Shown: positions 27,507-36,460 of the stretch, one piece after another | Layout: each line of letters opens with the position of its first letter | Numbering within the stretch: position 1 is the first letter of the stretch | From: an uncultured Candidatus Rokubacteria bacterium | GTDB lineage: Bacteria; Methylomirabilota; Methylomirabilia; Rokubacteriales; CSP1-6 | Direction: 5' to 3' | Assembly: GCA_963762145.1 (NCBI GenBank) | Contig: CAVXJS010000021.1 | Location: forward strand, 32,001 to 96,000 | DNA: 64,000 bases | Notes under the pieces: model-generated | The model's input: only the letters and a program-made list of their open reading frames with translations | Databases searched by the model: none | What the model was told of the DNA's origin: nothing | Translations under genes and position numbers: made by a program

Positions 27507-29595
27507 GCGCGCGGGTCGGCGTAGACATCGGCGGCACCTTCACCGACATCGTGCTGCGCCTGGACGACGGTACCCTGCGGGTCAGCAAGGTCTCGTCCAC
27601 CCCGGAGGACCCCGGGCTCGCGGTGGTGCGCGGGCTCGACGCGCTCCTCCGCGCGGCCGGCGTCGCCCCCGCCTCCGTCGTCGAGGTCGTGCACGGCACC
27701 ACGGTGGCGTCCAACACCATCCTGCAGAAGAAAGGCGCGCGCGTCGGCCTCCTGACCACCCGGGGCTTTCGCGACGTGCTCGAGATCGGGCGGGTGCGGA
27801 CCCCCGATCTGTTCGATCTCACGTGGGAGAAGCCGGAGCCGCTGGTCGAGCGCCGGCACCGGCTCGAGGTCGACGAGCGCATCGCGGCCGACGGCGCGGT
27901 CGTCCGCCCCCTCGATCGCGAGGGGCTGCTGGCCGCCGCGGAGCGCCTGGTGGCCGACGGGGCCGACGTGGTGGCGGTCAGCTTCATCAACAGCTACGTG
28001 AACCCGGCCCACGAGCGCCTCGCCGAGAGCCTGCTCGCCGCGCGCTTCCCGACCCTCGACGTCACCGCGTCCTACCGCGTGCTGCCCGAGATCAAGGAGT
28101 ACGAGCGCACGAGCACCACGGTCGTGAACGCCTATCTCCTGCCCGTGATGCGCCGCTACCTCGCGACGCTCGCGGCGGGGCTGCGCGGGCATCGGCGTGG
28201 AGGCGCCGCTGCTGGTGGTGGCCTCCAACGGCGGCGTGGTGGGCGCGGCGGGCGCGGGCGAGCGGCCGGTCTTCGCGGTGGGATCGGGGCCGGCTGCGGG
28301 CGTGGCGGGGGCGGCGCGCCTCGGGCAGGTCGCCGGCGCCCCGAGCCTCATCGCCTTCGACATGGGCGGCACCACCGCCAAGGCCTCGCTCGTCGGAGAA
28401 CGGGCGCGTCTCCCTGACCACCGAGTACGAGTTCCGCGAGGGCATCAGCACCTCGAGCCGCTTCATCAAGGCCGGGCGGCTACATGCTGAAGGTCCCCGC
28501 CATCGACATCGCCGAGGTGGGCGCGGGCGCCGGCTCCATCGCGGACATCGACGACGGCGGGCTCCTGCGGGTGGGCCCGCAGTCGGCCGGCGCGCAGCCC
28601 GGCCCCGCGTGCTACGCGCTGGGCGGGACGCGGCCCACCGTCACCGACGCCAACGTGGCCCTCGGCTTCCTCAACCCGGGCTACCTGGCGGGCGGCGAGC
28701 TCCGGCTCGACGCGGCCCTCGCGCGCGCCGCGATCCGACCCACGTCGCGGAGCCCCTCGGCCTCTCGGTGGAGGAGGCCGCTCACGGGATCCGGGAAGTC
28801 GCCAACGCCAACATGGCGCGCGCGATCCGGTCGGTCACGATCGAGCGGGGGCGCGATCCGCGCGATTTCACCCTGGTCGCCTTCGGGGGCAGCGGGCCGG
28901 TGCACGCGGGCGACGTGGCCCGCGCACTCGACATCCGCCGCGTGCTCGTGCCGGTCTCCCCGGGCGTGTTCACCGCGGTCGGCATGCTCGCCAGCGACGT
29001 GGAGCACCATTTCGTGCGCGCGGCGGGCGGCCCGCTCGACGAGGGCGTGCTCGACCGGGCGAACGCCCGGCTCGACGAGATGACGGACGAGGCGCTCGCC
29101 ACTCTCGCCCAGGAGGGCTATCCGCGCGCGCAGGTGCGCCTCGTCGCCCAGGCCGACCTCCGTTACGTCGGCCAGTCCTCCGAGCTCGTGATCCCGATCG
29201 CGGGCGACCGGATCGCGGCGGACCACCTGCCCGCGCTGCGCGAGGCGTTCGCGCGCGAGTACGCGACCACGTACGGCTACGCCACCGGCGAGGCGCTCGA
29301 GCTGGTCAACGTCCGGCTGGTGGCCACCGGGGTCCGGCCGCATCGCCTCGACTTCCGTGCGGTGCGCGTGGCGACCGGGGCGCCGGTGCCCGAGACCCAC
29401 CGGCTCGTGTCCTTCGAGCGACGCGCTCCGGCGCGGGAGACCCCGGTGCTGGGACGCGAGTCCGTGACCGCGTCGGGCCAGGCCGGGCCGCTGATCGTCG
29501 AGAGCTACGACTCGACGGTGGTGGTGCCGCCCGGCTGGACCGTCCGCCGCGACGCGGTGGACAATTTGCTGATCACCTTCGGAGAGGACACATGA
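27503..29595 (+). CDS. Hydantoinase/oxoprolinase A subunit, frameshifted
   Basis: GVDIGGTFTD, HGTTVASN, EYERTSTT, SGPAAG, DMGGTT, SAGAQPGPACY, FGGSGPVH; shifts at about 28190, 28395, 28475 and 28738. Confidence 0.88.
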
Positions 29596-31307
29596 TCGAC
29601 CCCATCACGCTGGCCGTCATCAAGAGCGCGCTCGATTCGATCGTGGACGAGATGGCCTACACCGTCATCCGCACCGCGCGCTCCGAGATCATCAAGGACG
29701 TGATGGACTACTCGGCCGCGCTCTGCGACGCGCGGGGCCGCATGATCGCCCAGGCCAAGACCATCGCCCAGCACCTGGGCGCGATCCCCGACGCGATGGC
29801 CAGCGTGCTCGCCGAGTTCTCCGGCGATCTCCGGCCCGGCGACGTGGTGGCCATGAACGACCCCTACCAGGGCGGCATGCACATCCCGGACGTCTTCCTC
29901 TTCATGCCGATCTTCTGGGACGGGGAGGTGGAGGCCTTCGCGGTGGTGATCGGGCATCAGACCGACATGGGCGGGCGCGTCCCCGGCTCCAACGCGAGCG
30001 ACTCCACCGAGATCTACCAGGAAGGCCTGCGCCTGCCGCCCATCAAGCTCTACGAGGGCGGCACGATGAGTCGCTCGGTCCGCCGCATCATCGAGAAGAA
30101 CGTGCGGGTACCCGATCGCGTGCTCGGCGACCTGGGAGCCCAGTACGCGGCCTGCAAGGTGGGCGAGCGCGAACTGGGTCGGCTCTACGCCCGCTACGGC
30201 CGCGACGAGGCGCGGCGCTACACCGCGGAGCTGCTCGACTACGCGGAGCGTCTCACCCGCGCCGAGATCGCCCGCTGGCCGCGGGGCACCTACCGCTTCA
30301 CCGACCACCTCGACAGCGACGGGTTCAGCGACGAGCCGGTGCCGCTCACGGTGGCGATCACCGTGCACGCCGACGGACACCTCACCTGCGACTGGACCGG
30401 CAGCTCGCCCCAGGTAAAGGCCGCGCTCAACTCCACGCTCTCCTTCACCAAGTCGTGCACCTACCTCTCGGTCCGCTCGGTGCTCCGGCAGGACGTGCCC
30501 AACAACGCGGGCGTGTTCCGCTGCATCGACGTGATCGCGCCCGAGGGCAGCATCCTGAACCCGCGCCTCCCGGGCGCGTGCGCGGCGCGCGCGCTGACCG
30601 GCTATCGGATGCTCGACGTGATGCTGGGCGCGCTGGCCCAGGCCCTGCCCGACCGCGTGCCCGCGGCGGGCGAGGGCGGCAACACCGTGCTCTCCATCGG
30701 CGGGCAGACCGCGGACCGCCGCCCGTTCGTGATCGTGGACATGATCACCGGCGCGTGGGGCGGCCGGCCGGACAAGGACGGCATGGAGGCGGTGACGAAC
30801 CCTTCGCAGAACATGTCCAACACTCCGGTGGAGGTGCTGGAGGCGCAGCATCCGATCCGCATCGACGAGTACGGCTTCGTGCCCGACTCCTGCGGGGCCG
30901 GCCGCTTCCGCGGCGGCCTCGGCCTGCGCCGCCGATACACCCTGCTCAACGACGAGGCCACGCTCCAGCTCCGCTCGGATCGCATGCGCTTCCTGCCCTA
31001 CGGACTCGACGGCGGCGGACCCGCGCGCGGCACCCGGAACATCCTCAACCCGGACACCGAGGCGCGCGTGATGCCGGCCAAGTTCGCGATCGTGCTCCGG
31101 CGCGGCGACGTGATCCTGCACGAGCAGCCGGGGGGTGGCGGTTTCGGCGATCCCTTCACGCGCGACCCCGAGCGGGTCGCCGCCGACGCGCGGAACGAGA
31201 AGATCACGCTCGAGTACGCGCGCCGCGAGCACGGCGTGGTCCTCGAGCCGGGCACCTTCAAGGTGGACGCGACGGCCACCCACGCCCTGCGCGCGCGCCG
31301 CGCCTGA
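29592..31307 (+). CDS. Hydantoinase B/oxoprolinase subunit
   Basis: DPITL, NDPYQGGMHIPD, HQTDMGGRVPGS, EIYQEG, PGGGGFGDP. Confidence 0.92.
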   Translation: MIDPITLAVIKSALDSIVDEMAYTVIRTARSEIIKDVMDYSAALCDARGRMIAQAKTIAQHLGAIPDAMASVLAEFSGDLRPGDVVAMNDPYQGGMHIPDVFLFMPIFWDGEVEAFAVVIGHQTDMGGRVPGSNASDSTEIYQEGLRLPPIKLYEGGTMSRSVRRIIEKNVRVPDRVLGDLGAQYAACKVGERELGRLYARYGRDEARRYTAELLDYAERLTRAEIARWPRGTYRFTDHLDSDGFSDEPVPLTVAITVHADGHLTCDWTGSSPQVKAALNSTLSFTKSCTYLSVRSVLRQDVPNNAGVFRCIDVIAPEGSILNPRLPGACAARALTGYRMLDVMLGALAQALPDRVPAAGEGGNTVLSIGGQTADRRPFVIVDMITGAWGGRPDKDGMEAVTNPSQNMSNTPVEVLEAQHPIRIDEYGFVPDSCGAGRFRGGLGLRRRYTLLNDEATLQLRSDRMRFLPYGLDGGGPARGTRNILNPDTEARVMPAKFAIVLRRGDVILHEQPGGGGFGDPFTRDPERVAADARNEKITLEYARREHGVVLEPGTFKVDATATHALRARRA

Positions 31308-31315
31308 CCAGACCC

Positions 31316-31442
31316 GCCGGGCGCCGAGAAGGGCCCAGCTGCGAGGCGCCGCGCGAAGGCCGCCCGCGAGGCGTACTCCCCGTACGTTGAGCGGGCGGTC
31401 GAGCGCGGCAACGAAGCAGATGGGCCCTTATCGGCGCTCGGC
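31316..31442. repeat. About 127-bp MITE/REP-like long palindromic element
   Basis: 27-bp near-perfect terminal inverted repeats GCCGGGCGCCGAGAAGGGCCCAGCTGC / GCAGATGGGCCCTTATCGGCGCTCGGC, with a nested inner stem; lies between convergent genes. Confidence 0.75.
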
Positions 31443-32305
31443 TAGTCGCGGAGGGGCAGCGCGTAGAGATCGGGCGGGTTGATCCGCGCGCGCCCGAGCT
31501 GGGCGCCGAAGTGCAGATGGGGGCCGGTGGAGCGCCCGGTGGTGCCCACGGTGCCCACGGTCTGGCCGCGCTCCACCATCTGACCCTCGGCCACCGCCAC
31601 GCCGTCCAGGTGGAAGTAGAGTGTGTAGAGTCCCAGACCGTGGTCGAGGGCCACGAGGCGGCCCGCGAAGAAGAACTCGCCGAGCAACGCCACCCGGCCG
31701 CGGTTCGACGCGACCACCGGAGTGCCGCGGTCGGCCGAATAGTCGATGCCGGAATGCGGCATCCGCGGCTGGCCGTTGATGATGCGCCGGGAGCCGAACC
31801 CGCCGCCCGGCTTGCGGCTCGCGACCGGCTGGGTGAAGGGACCGCGCCAGAGACGCTCAGGCGTGACCGTATCGTAGAGGGCGCGCATCCGGGCCGCCTC
31901 GTTGGCCGCGCGTCGCTCCGCCTCCGGGTCGAGGTTCACCATGCCGCCCGGAAGCGTGAGGCGCTCCACCGGGAAGCCGCCCGCCTTGATCGTCACGCTG
32001 CCCGTCGCCTTGCGGGACGCGCCGTCGCCGTCCACGAGCCCGATCCGCCACGGGACCTTGCCGGGCTTGGTCTCGAGATCGACGCCGGCCAGCGCGGCGT
32101 ACTCGGTGCCGTAGGGGAAGAAGGTCAGGTGCTGCGCGCCCAGGCTGCCCTCCACGTTCTGCGCGCCCTTGGTTCCGGCCACGAACACCAGCACGGTGTC
32201 CCCCTGCCGGGGAGCGGCCGGCACCACCCGCACCTGCAGGGCAGCGGCGGGGGCGGCGGAGAAAAGCGTCAGGAGAGCTGCGAGGACTGCGGCTGCGTGG
32301 AGCAT
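31442..32305 (-). CDS. M23 family metallopeptidase, exported
   Basis: Signal peptide from ATG 32305; HSGID, GRSTGPHLH. Confidence 0.9.
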   Translation of the reverse strand: MLHAAAVLAALLTLFSAAPAAALQVRVVPAAPRQGDTVLVFVAGTKGAQNVEGSLGAQHLTFFPYGTEYAALAGVDLETKPGKVPWRIGLVDGDGASRKATGSVTIKAGGFPVERLTLPGGMVNLDPEAERRAANEAARMRALYDTVTPERLWRGPFTQPVASRKPGGGFGSRRIINGQPRMPHSGIDYSADRGTPVVASNRGRVALLGEFFFAGRLVALDHGLGLYTLYFHLDGVAVAEGQMVERGQTVGTVGTTGRSTGPHLHFGAQLGRARINPPDLYALPLRD

Positions 32306-32357
32306 CGGGACGATTCTACGCCTGGGGCCGGCCGGCGCCCTAGGAACCGAGACCGGA

Positions 32358-32392
32358 CCCCTCACCCTGCCCTCTCCCCTCAGCGGAGAGGG
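32358..32392. repeat. REP unit (CCCCTCACCCTGCCCTCTCCC family)
   Basis: CCCCTCACCCTGCCCTCTCCCCTCAGCGGAGAGGG, same unit as at 17022. Confidence 0.8.
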
Positions 32393-32395
32393 TCG

Positions 32396-33331
32396 CTAGG
32401 AGTCTTTGGGACGCTGCTGGCGAAGGAACTGCTCGATCTCCGCGACGAGGTCCCCGGAGGGCGGCAGCTCGTCCTTGATCTCCGCGACCTCCGACGGCTC
32501 GGACGGATCGCTGGCCTCCGCGGGCGCGGGCGGCTCATCCTCATCGTCTCCGCTCTTGCGCTCGAGGCGGCGTACGTAGTCGGCGATCTTGGTGTTCTGC
32601 GAGACGATCGAGGTCAGGTTCTGGTCGAACTGCTCGGCGGCCTCGCGGAGGTCGGTCAGATCCGCCTCGGCGTCCAGCATGGTCAGCACGCGCCGCACCA
32701 GGGCCAGGGCCGCGCGCGGATTCTCGATCCCGGACACGTAGTGGGGCACGTTCGCCCACAGGCTGGCCGTGGGCACGCGCTCCTCGCGGCAGATGGTGTT
32801 GAGGACACCCACGATCCCGGTCGGGCCCTCGTAGCGGGTCGGCTTGAGGCCGAGACGCTCGGAGAGCTCGGGGTCGTAGGAGCTGCCCGACAGGCGGATG
32901 GGCTGGGTGTGGGCCACCTCGGCGAGCAGCGCCCCCAGGGTGAGGACCATCGAGGCCCGGGAGCGCCGTGCCAGCTCCAGCACCGCCGCGCAGTAGGTGC
33001 GCCACTTGAGATGCGGCTCGATGGCGACCCCCACGACGATGTCGCGCTCGAGCTCCGAAGGCTGGGCTACGGAGAACTCGGTCGCCGGCCAGACGATCTC
33101 CCGCTCGGTCCGGGAGCCGGTCTTGAAGCGTACATAGGGCCGGGAGAGGCCGAAGTGGTAAAAATCTTCCGGGTCGATGGTGGCGAGCGGGCGCGACGTC
33201 CAGATCTGGCTCAGATAGCGGGCGGCGGTGGTGGCGGACTCGGCCGCGTCGTTCCAGCCGGAAAACGCCACGATGATGACGGGCCGGCGCAGCTGCTCCG
33301 GCTCCTCGTGGAGCGTCAGGTACTCGCTCAT
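32396..33331 (-). CDS. PAC2 (proteasome assembly chaperone 2) family protein
   Basis: AAGGAGG RBS, ATG 33331; AFSGWNDAAESAT, DPEDFYHF..RP, EPHLKW, YEGPTGIVG, LWANVPHY, YVRRLE. Confidence 0.88.
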   Translation of the reverse strand: MSEYLTLHEEPEQLRRPVIIVAFSGWNDAAESATTAARYLSQIWTSRPLATIDPEDFYHFGLSRPYVRFKTGSRTEREIVWPATEFSVAQPSELERDIVVGVAIEPHLKWRTYCAAVLELARRSRASMVLTLGALLAEVAHTQPIRLSGSSYDPELSERLGLKPTRYEGPTGIVGVLNTICREERVPTASLWANVPHYVSGIENPRAALALVRRVLTMLDAEADLTDLREAAEQFDQNLTSIVSQNTKIADYVRRLERKSGDDEDEPPAPAEASDPSEPSEVAEIKDELPPSGDLVAEIEQFLRQQRPKDS

Positions 33332-33421
33332 CGGCGGCGCTCCCTCCTTGTGGAACCCGAGCATGCCTGAGCCGCCCCGGTGCCGCAACCGCAAAAGGCC
33401 CGAAATGAAAGTTGACGGCCC

Positions 33422-33451
33422 ACTCAGGGCTTCCGTATGATTACCACTCGT
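33422..33451 (+). promoter_or_regulatory. sigma70 promoter
   Basis: TTGACG-18 nt-TATGAT; AAGGAGG RBS before ATG 33495. Confidence 0.7.
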
Positions 33452-33494
33452 GCGAGACAGGTAGATCGAAGCGCCTTCAAGGAGGCAAGTCATC

Positions 33495-33755
33495 ATGCGT
33501 GCATGGCTTTCGCTGGGATTGTTCTTCGGTGGTCTCATGCTGCTGACGTCGGCATGCGCCACGTCGGAGGAGTGGGCGGACTGGAGAGGCCACAAGACCC
33601 ACTTCGCCTCGGGCACCCACGGGGTCTTCTCGCTGCGGAACAACCGAGACGGCTCGAACCCGCGCGTGAGCCGCGCGGACGTGGACGCGGCTCGCCAGGA
33701 GAACTGGTGGGGCAAGGCCATCACGGTGAGCCCGGAGCAGATCTTCCAGAACTAG
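33495..33755 (+). CDS. Small lipoprotein, His/Trp motif domain only
   Basis: 86 aa; lipobox LTSAC; EEWADWRGHKTHFASGTH..FSLRN..PRVSR..ARQENWWG. Confidence 0.85.
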   Translation: MRAWLSLGLFFGGLMLLTSACATSEEWADWRGHKTHFASGTHGVFSLRNNRDGSNPRVSRADVDAARQENWWGKAITVSPEQIFQN

Positions 33756-33765
33756 CCGATCCCAC

Positions 33766-34470
33766 ATGCTCCGGCACCACCCGCGACTTCTGGGCGGCCT
33801 GTTGCTCACGGCCGCCTTGGTCGTCTCCGGCGGCGTGAGTCACGCCGCTCCGGAAGACGCCCTGATGCCCCTCGAGAAATACACCACGCTCAAGGGCAAG
33901 CGCTTGGCGTCTACCCACCGGACGCGGCTCCTCCAGTTCTCGGCGCAGATCTACAACTGCCTCCCCTGGCTGGACGTCCATCAGGGCGGGCTCGGCTTCC
34001 CGCGCTCTCGCGATAGCCAGGACGACGACCGCTATCTGTCCACCTGGATCTACGTGGACCAGCGAGAGGATGCAACGTTCACCGCCCTGCCGCAGGAGCG
34101 CCGGGTCTCCGCGATGTTCTCGCGCTACGGCGTGGACATGCTGAAGCGCATGTCGACCCTGGCGGACGTGGTGGACGACAGCGACGTGACCGGGCTCTCC
34201 GTCGTGCTCTCCTGGCTCAAGCCCGGCACGGGCCGGCCCGGGCGCCAGGCGGTGAACGAGACGTTCGCCCTCTTCGTCGACAAGGGCACGCTGCGTGACT
34301 TCCTGGACAAGCGGGTGTCGGCCGAGGAGTTCACCAATCGGGCCAAGTTCAACCTCTTCGACGGTCTCGATCTGGTCGGACGCGTGCCGATCGAGGTCTG
34401 GGAGGACTCGTTCAACGCCACCTTCAAGGTCGGCAACTACCAGCCCCCGAAAGGGGTCACCTGTCCCTGA
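33766..34470 (+). CDS. Exported hypothetical protein
   Basis: 234 aa; signal peptide ending VSHA; typical codon usage; two Cys; no motif recognised. Confidence 0.75.
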   Translation: MLRHHPRLLGGLLLTAALVVSGGVSHAAPEDALMPLEKYTTLKGKRLASTHRTRLLQFSAQIYNCLPWLDVHQGGLGFPRSRDSQDDDRYLSTWIYVDQREDATFTALPQERRVSAMFSRYGVDMLKRMSTLADVVDDSDVTGLSVVLSWLKPGTGRPGRQAVNETFALFVDKGTLRDFLDKRVSAEEFTNRAKFNLFDGLDLVGRVPIEVWEDSFNATFKVGNYQPPKGVTCP

Positions 34471-34477
34471 GCCCGCC

Positions 34478-34502
34478 CGGGCCCATTCCGGGCCCGCGTT
34501 TC
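34478..34502 (+). terminator. Possible terminator hairpin
   Basis: CGGGCCC-ATTCC-GGGCCCG followed by CGTTT. Confidence 0.35.
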
Positions 34503-34520
34503 GCCGCTGCCCTCGCTGGT

Positions 34521-34549
34521 TTGACACCCCCCGGGGGTTCCGATAGCAT
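34521..34549 (+). promoter_or_regulatory. sigma70 promoter of ftsH-degP with a palindromic spacer
   Basis: TTGACA-17 nt-TAGCAT; ACCCCC-C-GGGGGT begins at the last base of the -35 box and fills most of the spacer. Confidence 0.7.
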
Positions 34550-34561
34550 CAAAATCACACG

Positions 34562-36460
34562 ATGAAACTGCCCAATCGCCAGAAGACCCAGTTTTCCCTC
34601 GTCTATCTGTTCATCGCGCTGATGGTCGTCCTGTCGGTGCAGAGCTGGCTCCGGGCCCCCCAGACCGTGGACATCCCGATGAGCCAGTTCCTGGGCCTGG
34701 TCCGCGAGGGAAAGGTGCTGAAGGTCACGCTGGGCGAGCGGGAGATCCAGGGCATCGCCAAGCCGGGCGCGCTGCCGATGCCACCGCCGGGACCCGGGGA
34801 CCGGCTCCGCGCGCTCCTGGGCCCCCAGGAAGGTCCGACCGCGTTCACCACCGCCCGCATCCCGGCCACCGAGGACTACCAGGTCGTCCGCGAGCTCGAG
34901 ACCGCCAAGGTCGAGTTCTCCGGGCGCATCGAGTCCACGTTCTGGCGCGATCTCTTCTCGTGGGTGGTGCCGCTCATCATCATGGCCGCGCTGTGGCTCT
35001 TCCTGATGCGCCGGATGGGCGGCGGTCCCACCCAGGCCCTGTCCTTCGGACGCTCCAAGGCCAAGATCTACGACCGCAAGGAGCTCAAGACGACCTTCGC
35101 GGACGTGGCCGGCGTGGAGGAAGCCAAGGCCGAGCTGATGGAGGTGGTGGACTTCCTCAAGAATCCCAGGAAGTACCAGCGCCTGGGCGGCCGCATTCCC
35201 AAGGGCGTGCTCCTCGTCGGCCCCCCGGGCACCGGCAAGACGCTGCTGGCCCGCGCGGTTGCGGGCGAGGCCGACGTGCCGTTCTTCTTCCTCTCCGGCT
35301 CGGAGTTCGTGGAGATGTTCGTGGGCGTGGGCGCCTCCCGGGTGCGTGACCTCTTCGAGCAGGCCAAGGAGAAGGCGCCGTGCATCGTCTTCATCGACGA
35401 GCTGGACGCCATCGGCAAGACCCGCGCCGGCAACACCGGCTTCCTGTCGGGCCACGACGAGCGCGAGCAGACGCTGAACCAGCTCCTCGCCGAGATGGAC
35501 GGCTTCGACTCGTCCAAGGGTGTGATCATCATGGCCGCCACCAATCGGCCCGAGGTGCTGGACGCGGCCCTGATGCGGGCCGGCCGCTTCGATCGGCAGG
35601 TGGTGGTGGATCGGCCCGACGTCAAGGGCCGCGAGGCCATCCTCCAGGTGCACGCCCGCAACGTGAAGCTGGCCCCGAGCGTGGATCTCCACGTGCTCGC
35701 CGCCCGCACCCCGGGCATGGCGGGCGCGGATCTCGCGAACATCATCAACGAGGCCGCGCTCCTCGCCGCGCGCAAGGGCAAGGACGCGGTCGACATGGCC
35801 GATCTCGAGGAAGCGGTGGACCGGGTGGTCGGCGGGCTCGAGCGGAAGAGCCGCGTGCTCTCCGACAAAGAGCGCGACATCGTCGCGCATCACGAGATCG
35901 GCCACGCATTGGTCGCCTCCTCCCTGCCCCAGGCCGACCCGGTGCACAAGGTGACCATCATCCCGCGCGGCGTGGCCGCGCTCGGCGCCACCTACCAGCT
36001 CCCGCTGGAGGACCGCTACCTCCTCACCCGCAGCGAGCTGGAGGACCGGATCGCGGTGCTGCTGGGCGGGCGCGTGGCCGAGGAGGTCATCTACGGCGAG
36101 ATCTCCACCGGGGCCCACAACGACCTGGAGCGCGCCACCGAGCTGGCCCGCCTCATGGTCATGCAGTACGGCATGTCCGAGCAGCTCGGCCCCATGACCT
36201 TCGGGGGCGGCCAGCAGGCCATGTTCCTCCGCGGCTCGGGCATCCCGCACGAGCGCGAATACAGCGAGGAGAGCGCGCGTCGCATCGACAGTGAGACGCG
36301 CTCCATCATCGATCGGATCTACGATCGCGTGCGCGACCTGCTGACCGCCCGCAAACGGGTGCTCGTCGAGGCCGCCACCGAGCTCAAACAGAAAGAGACG
36401 CTGGAGGGCGACCGGCTCAGGCAGCTCCTGGCCGGGGAGCCCGCGGGAGTGCCACGATGA
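34562..36460 (+). CDS. ftsH: ATP-dependent zinc metalloprotease FtsH
   Basis: Two TM segments, [38 protein letters not shown]. Confidence 0.97.
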   Translation: MKLPNRQKTQFSLVYLFIALMVVLSVQSWLRAPQTVDIPMSQFLGLVREGKVLKVTLGEREIQGIAKPGALPMPPPGPGDRLRALLGPQEGPTAFTTARIPATEDYQVVRELETAKVEFSGRIESTFWRDLFSWVVPLIIMAALWLFLMRRMGGGPTQALSFGRSKAKIYDRKELKTTFADVAGVEEAKAELMEVVDFLKNPRKYQRLGGRIPKGVLLVGPPGTGKTLLARAVAGEADVPFFFLSGSEFVEMFVGVGASRVRDLFEQAKEKAPCIVFIDELDAIGKTRAGNTGFLSGHDEREQTLNQLLAEMDGFDSSKGVIIMAATNRPEVLDAALMRAGRFDRQVVVDRPDVKGREAILQVHARNVKLAPSVDLHVLAARTPGMAGADLANIINEAALLAARKGKDAVDMADLEEAVDRVVGGLERKSRVLSDKERDIVAHHEIGHALVASSLPQADPVHKVTIIPRGVAALGATYQLPLEDRYLLTRSELEDRIAVLLGGRVAEEVIYGEISTGAHNDLERATELARLMVMQYGMSEQLGPMTFGGGQQAMFLRGSGIPHEREYSEESARRIDSETRSIIDRIYDRVRDLLTARKRVLVEAATELKQKETLEGDRLRQLLAGEPAGVPR

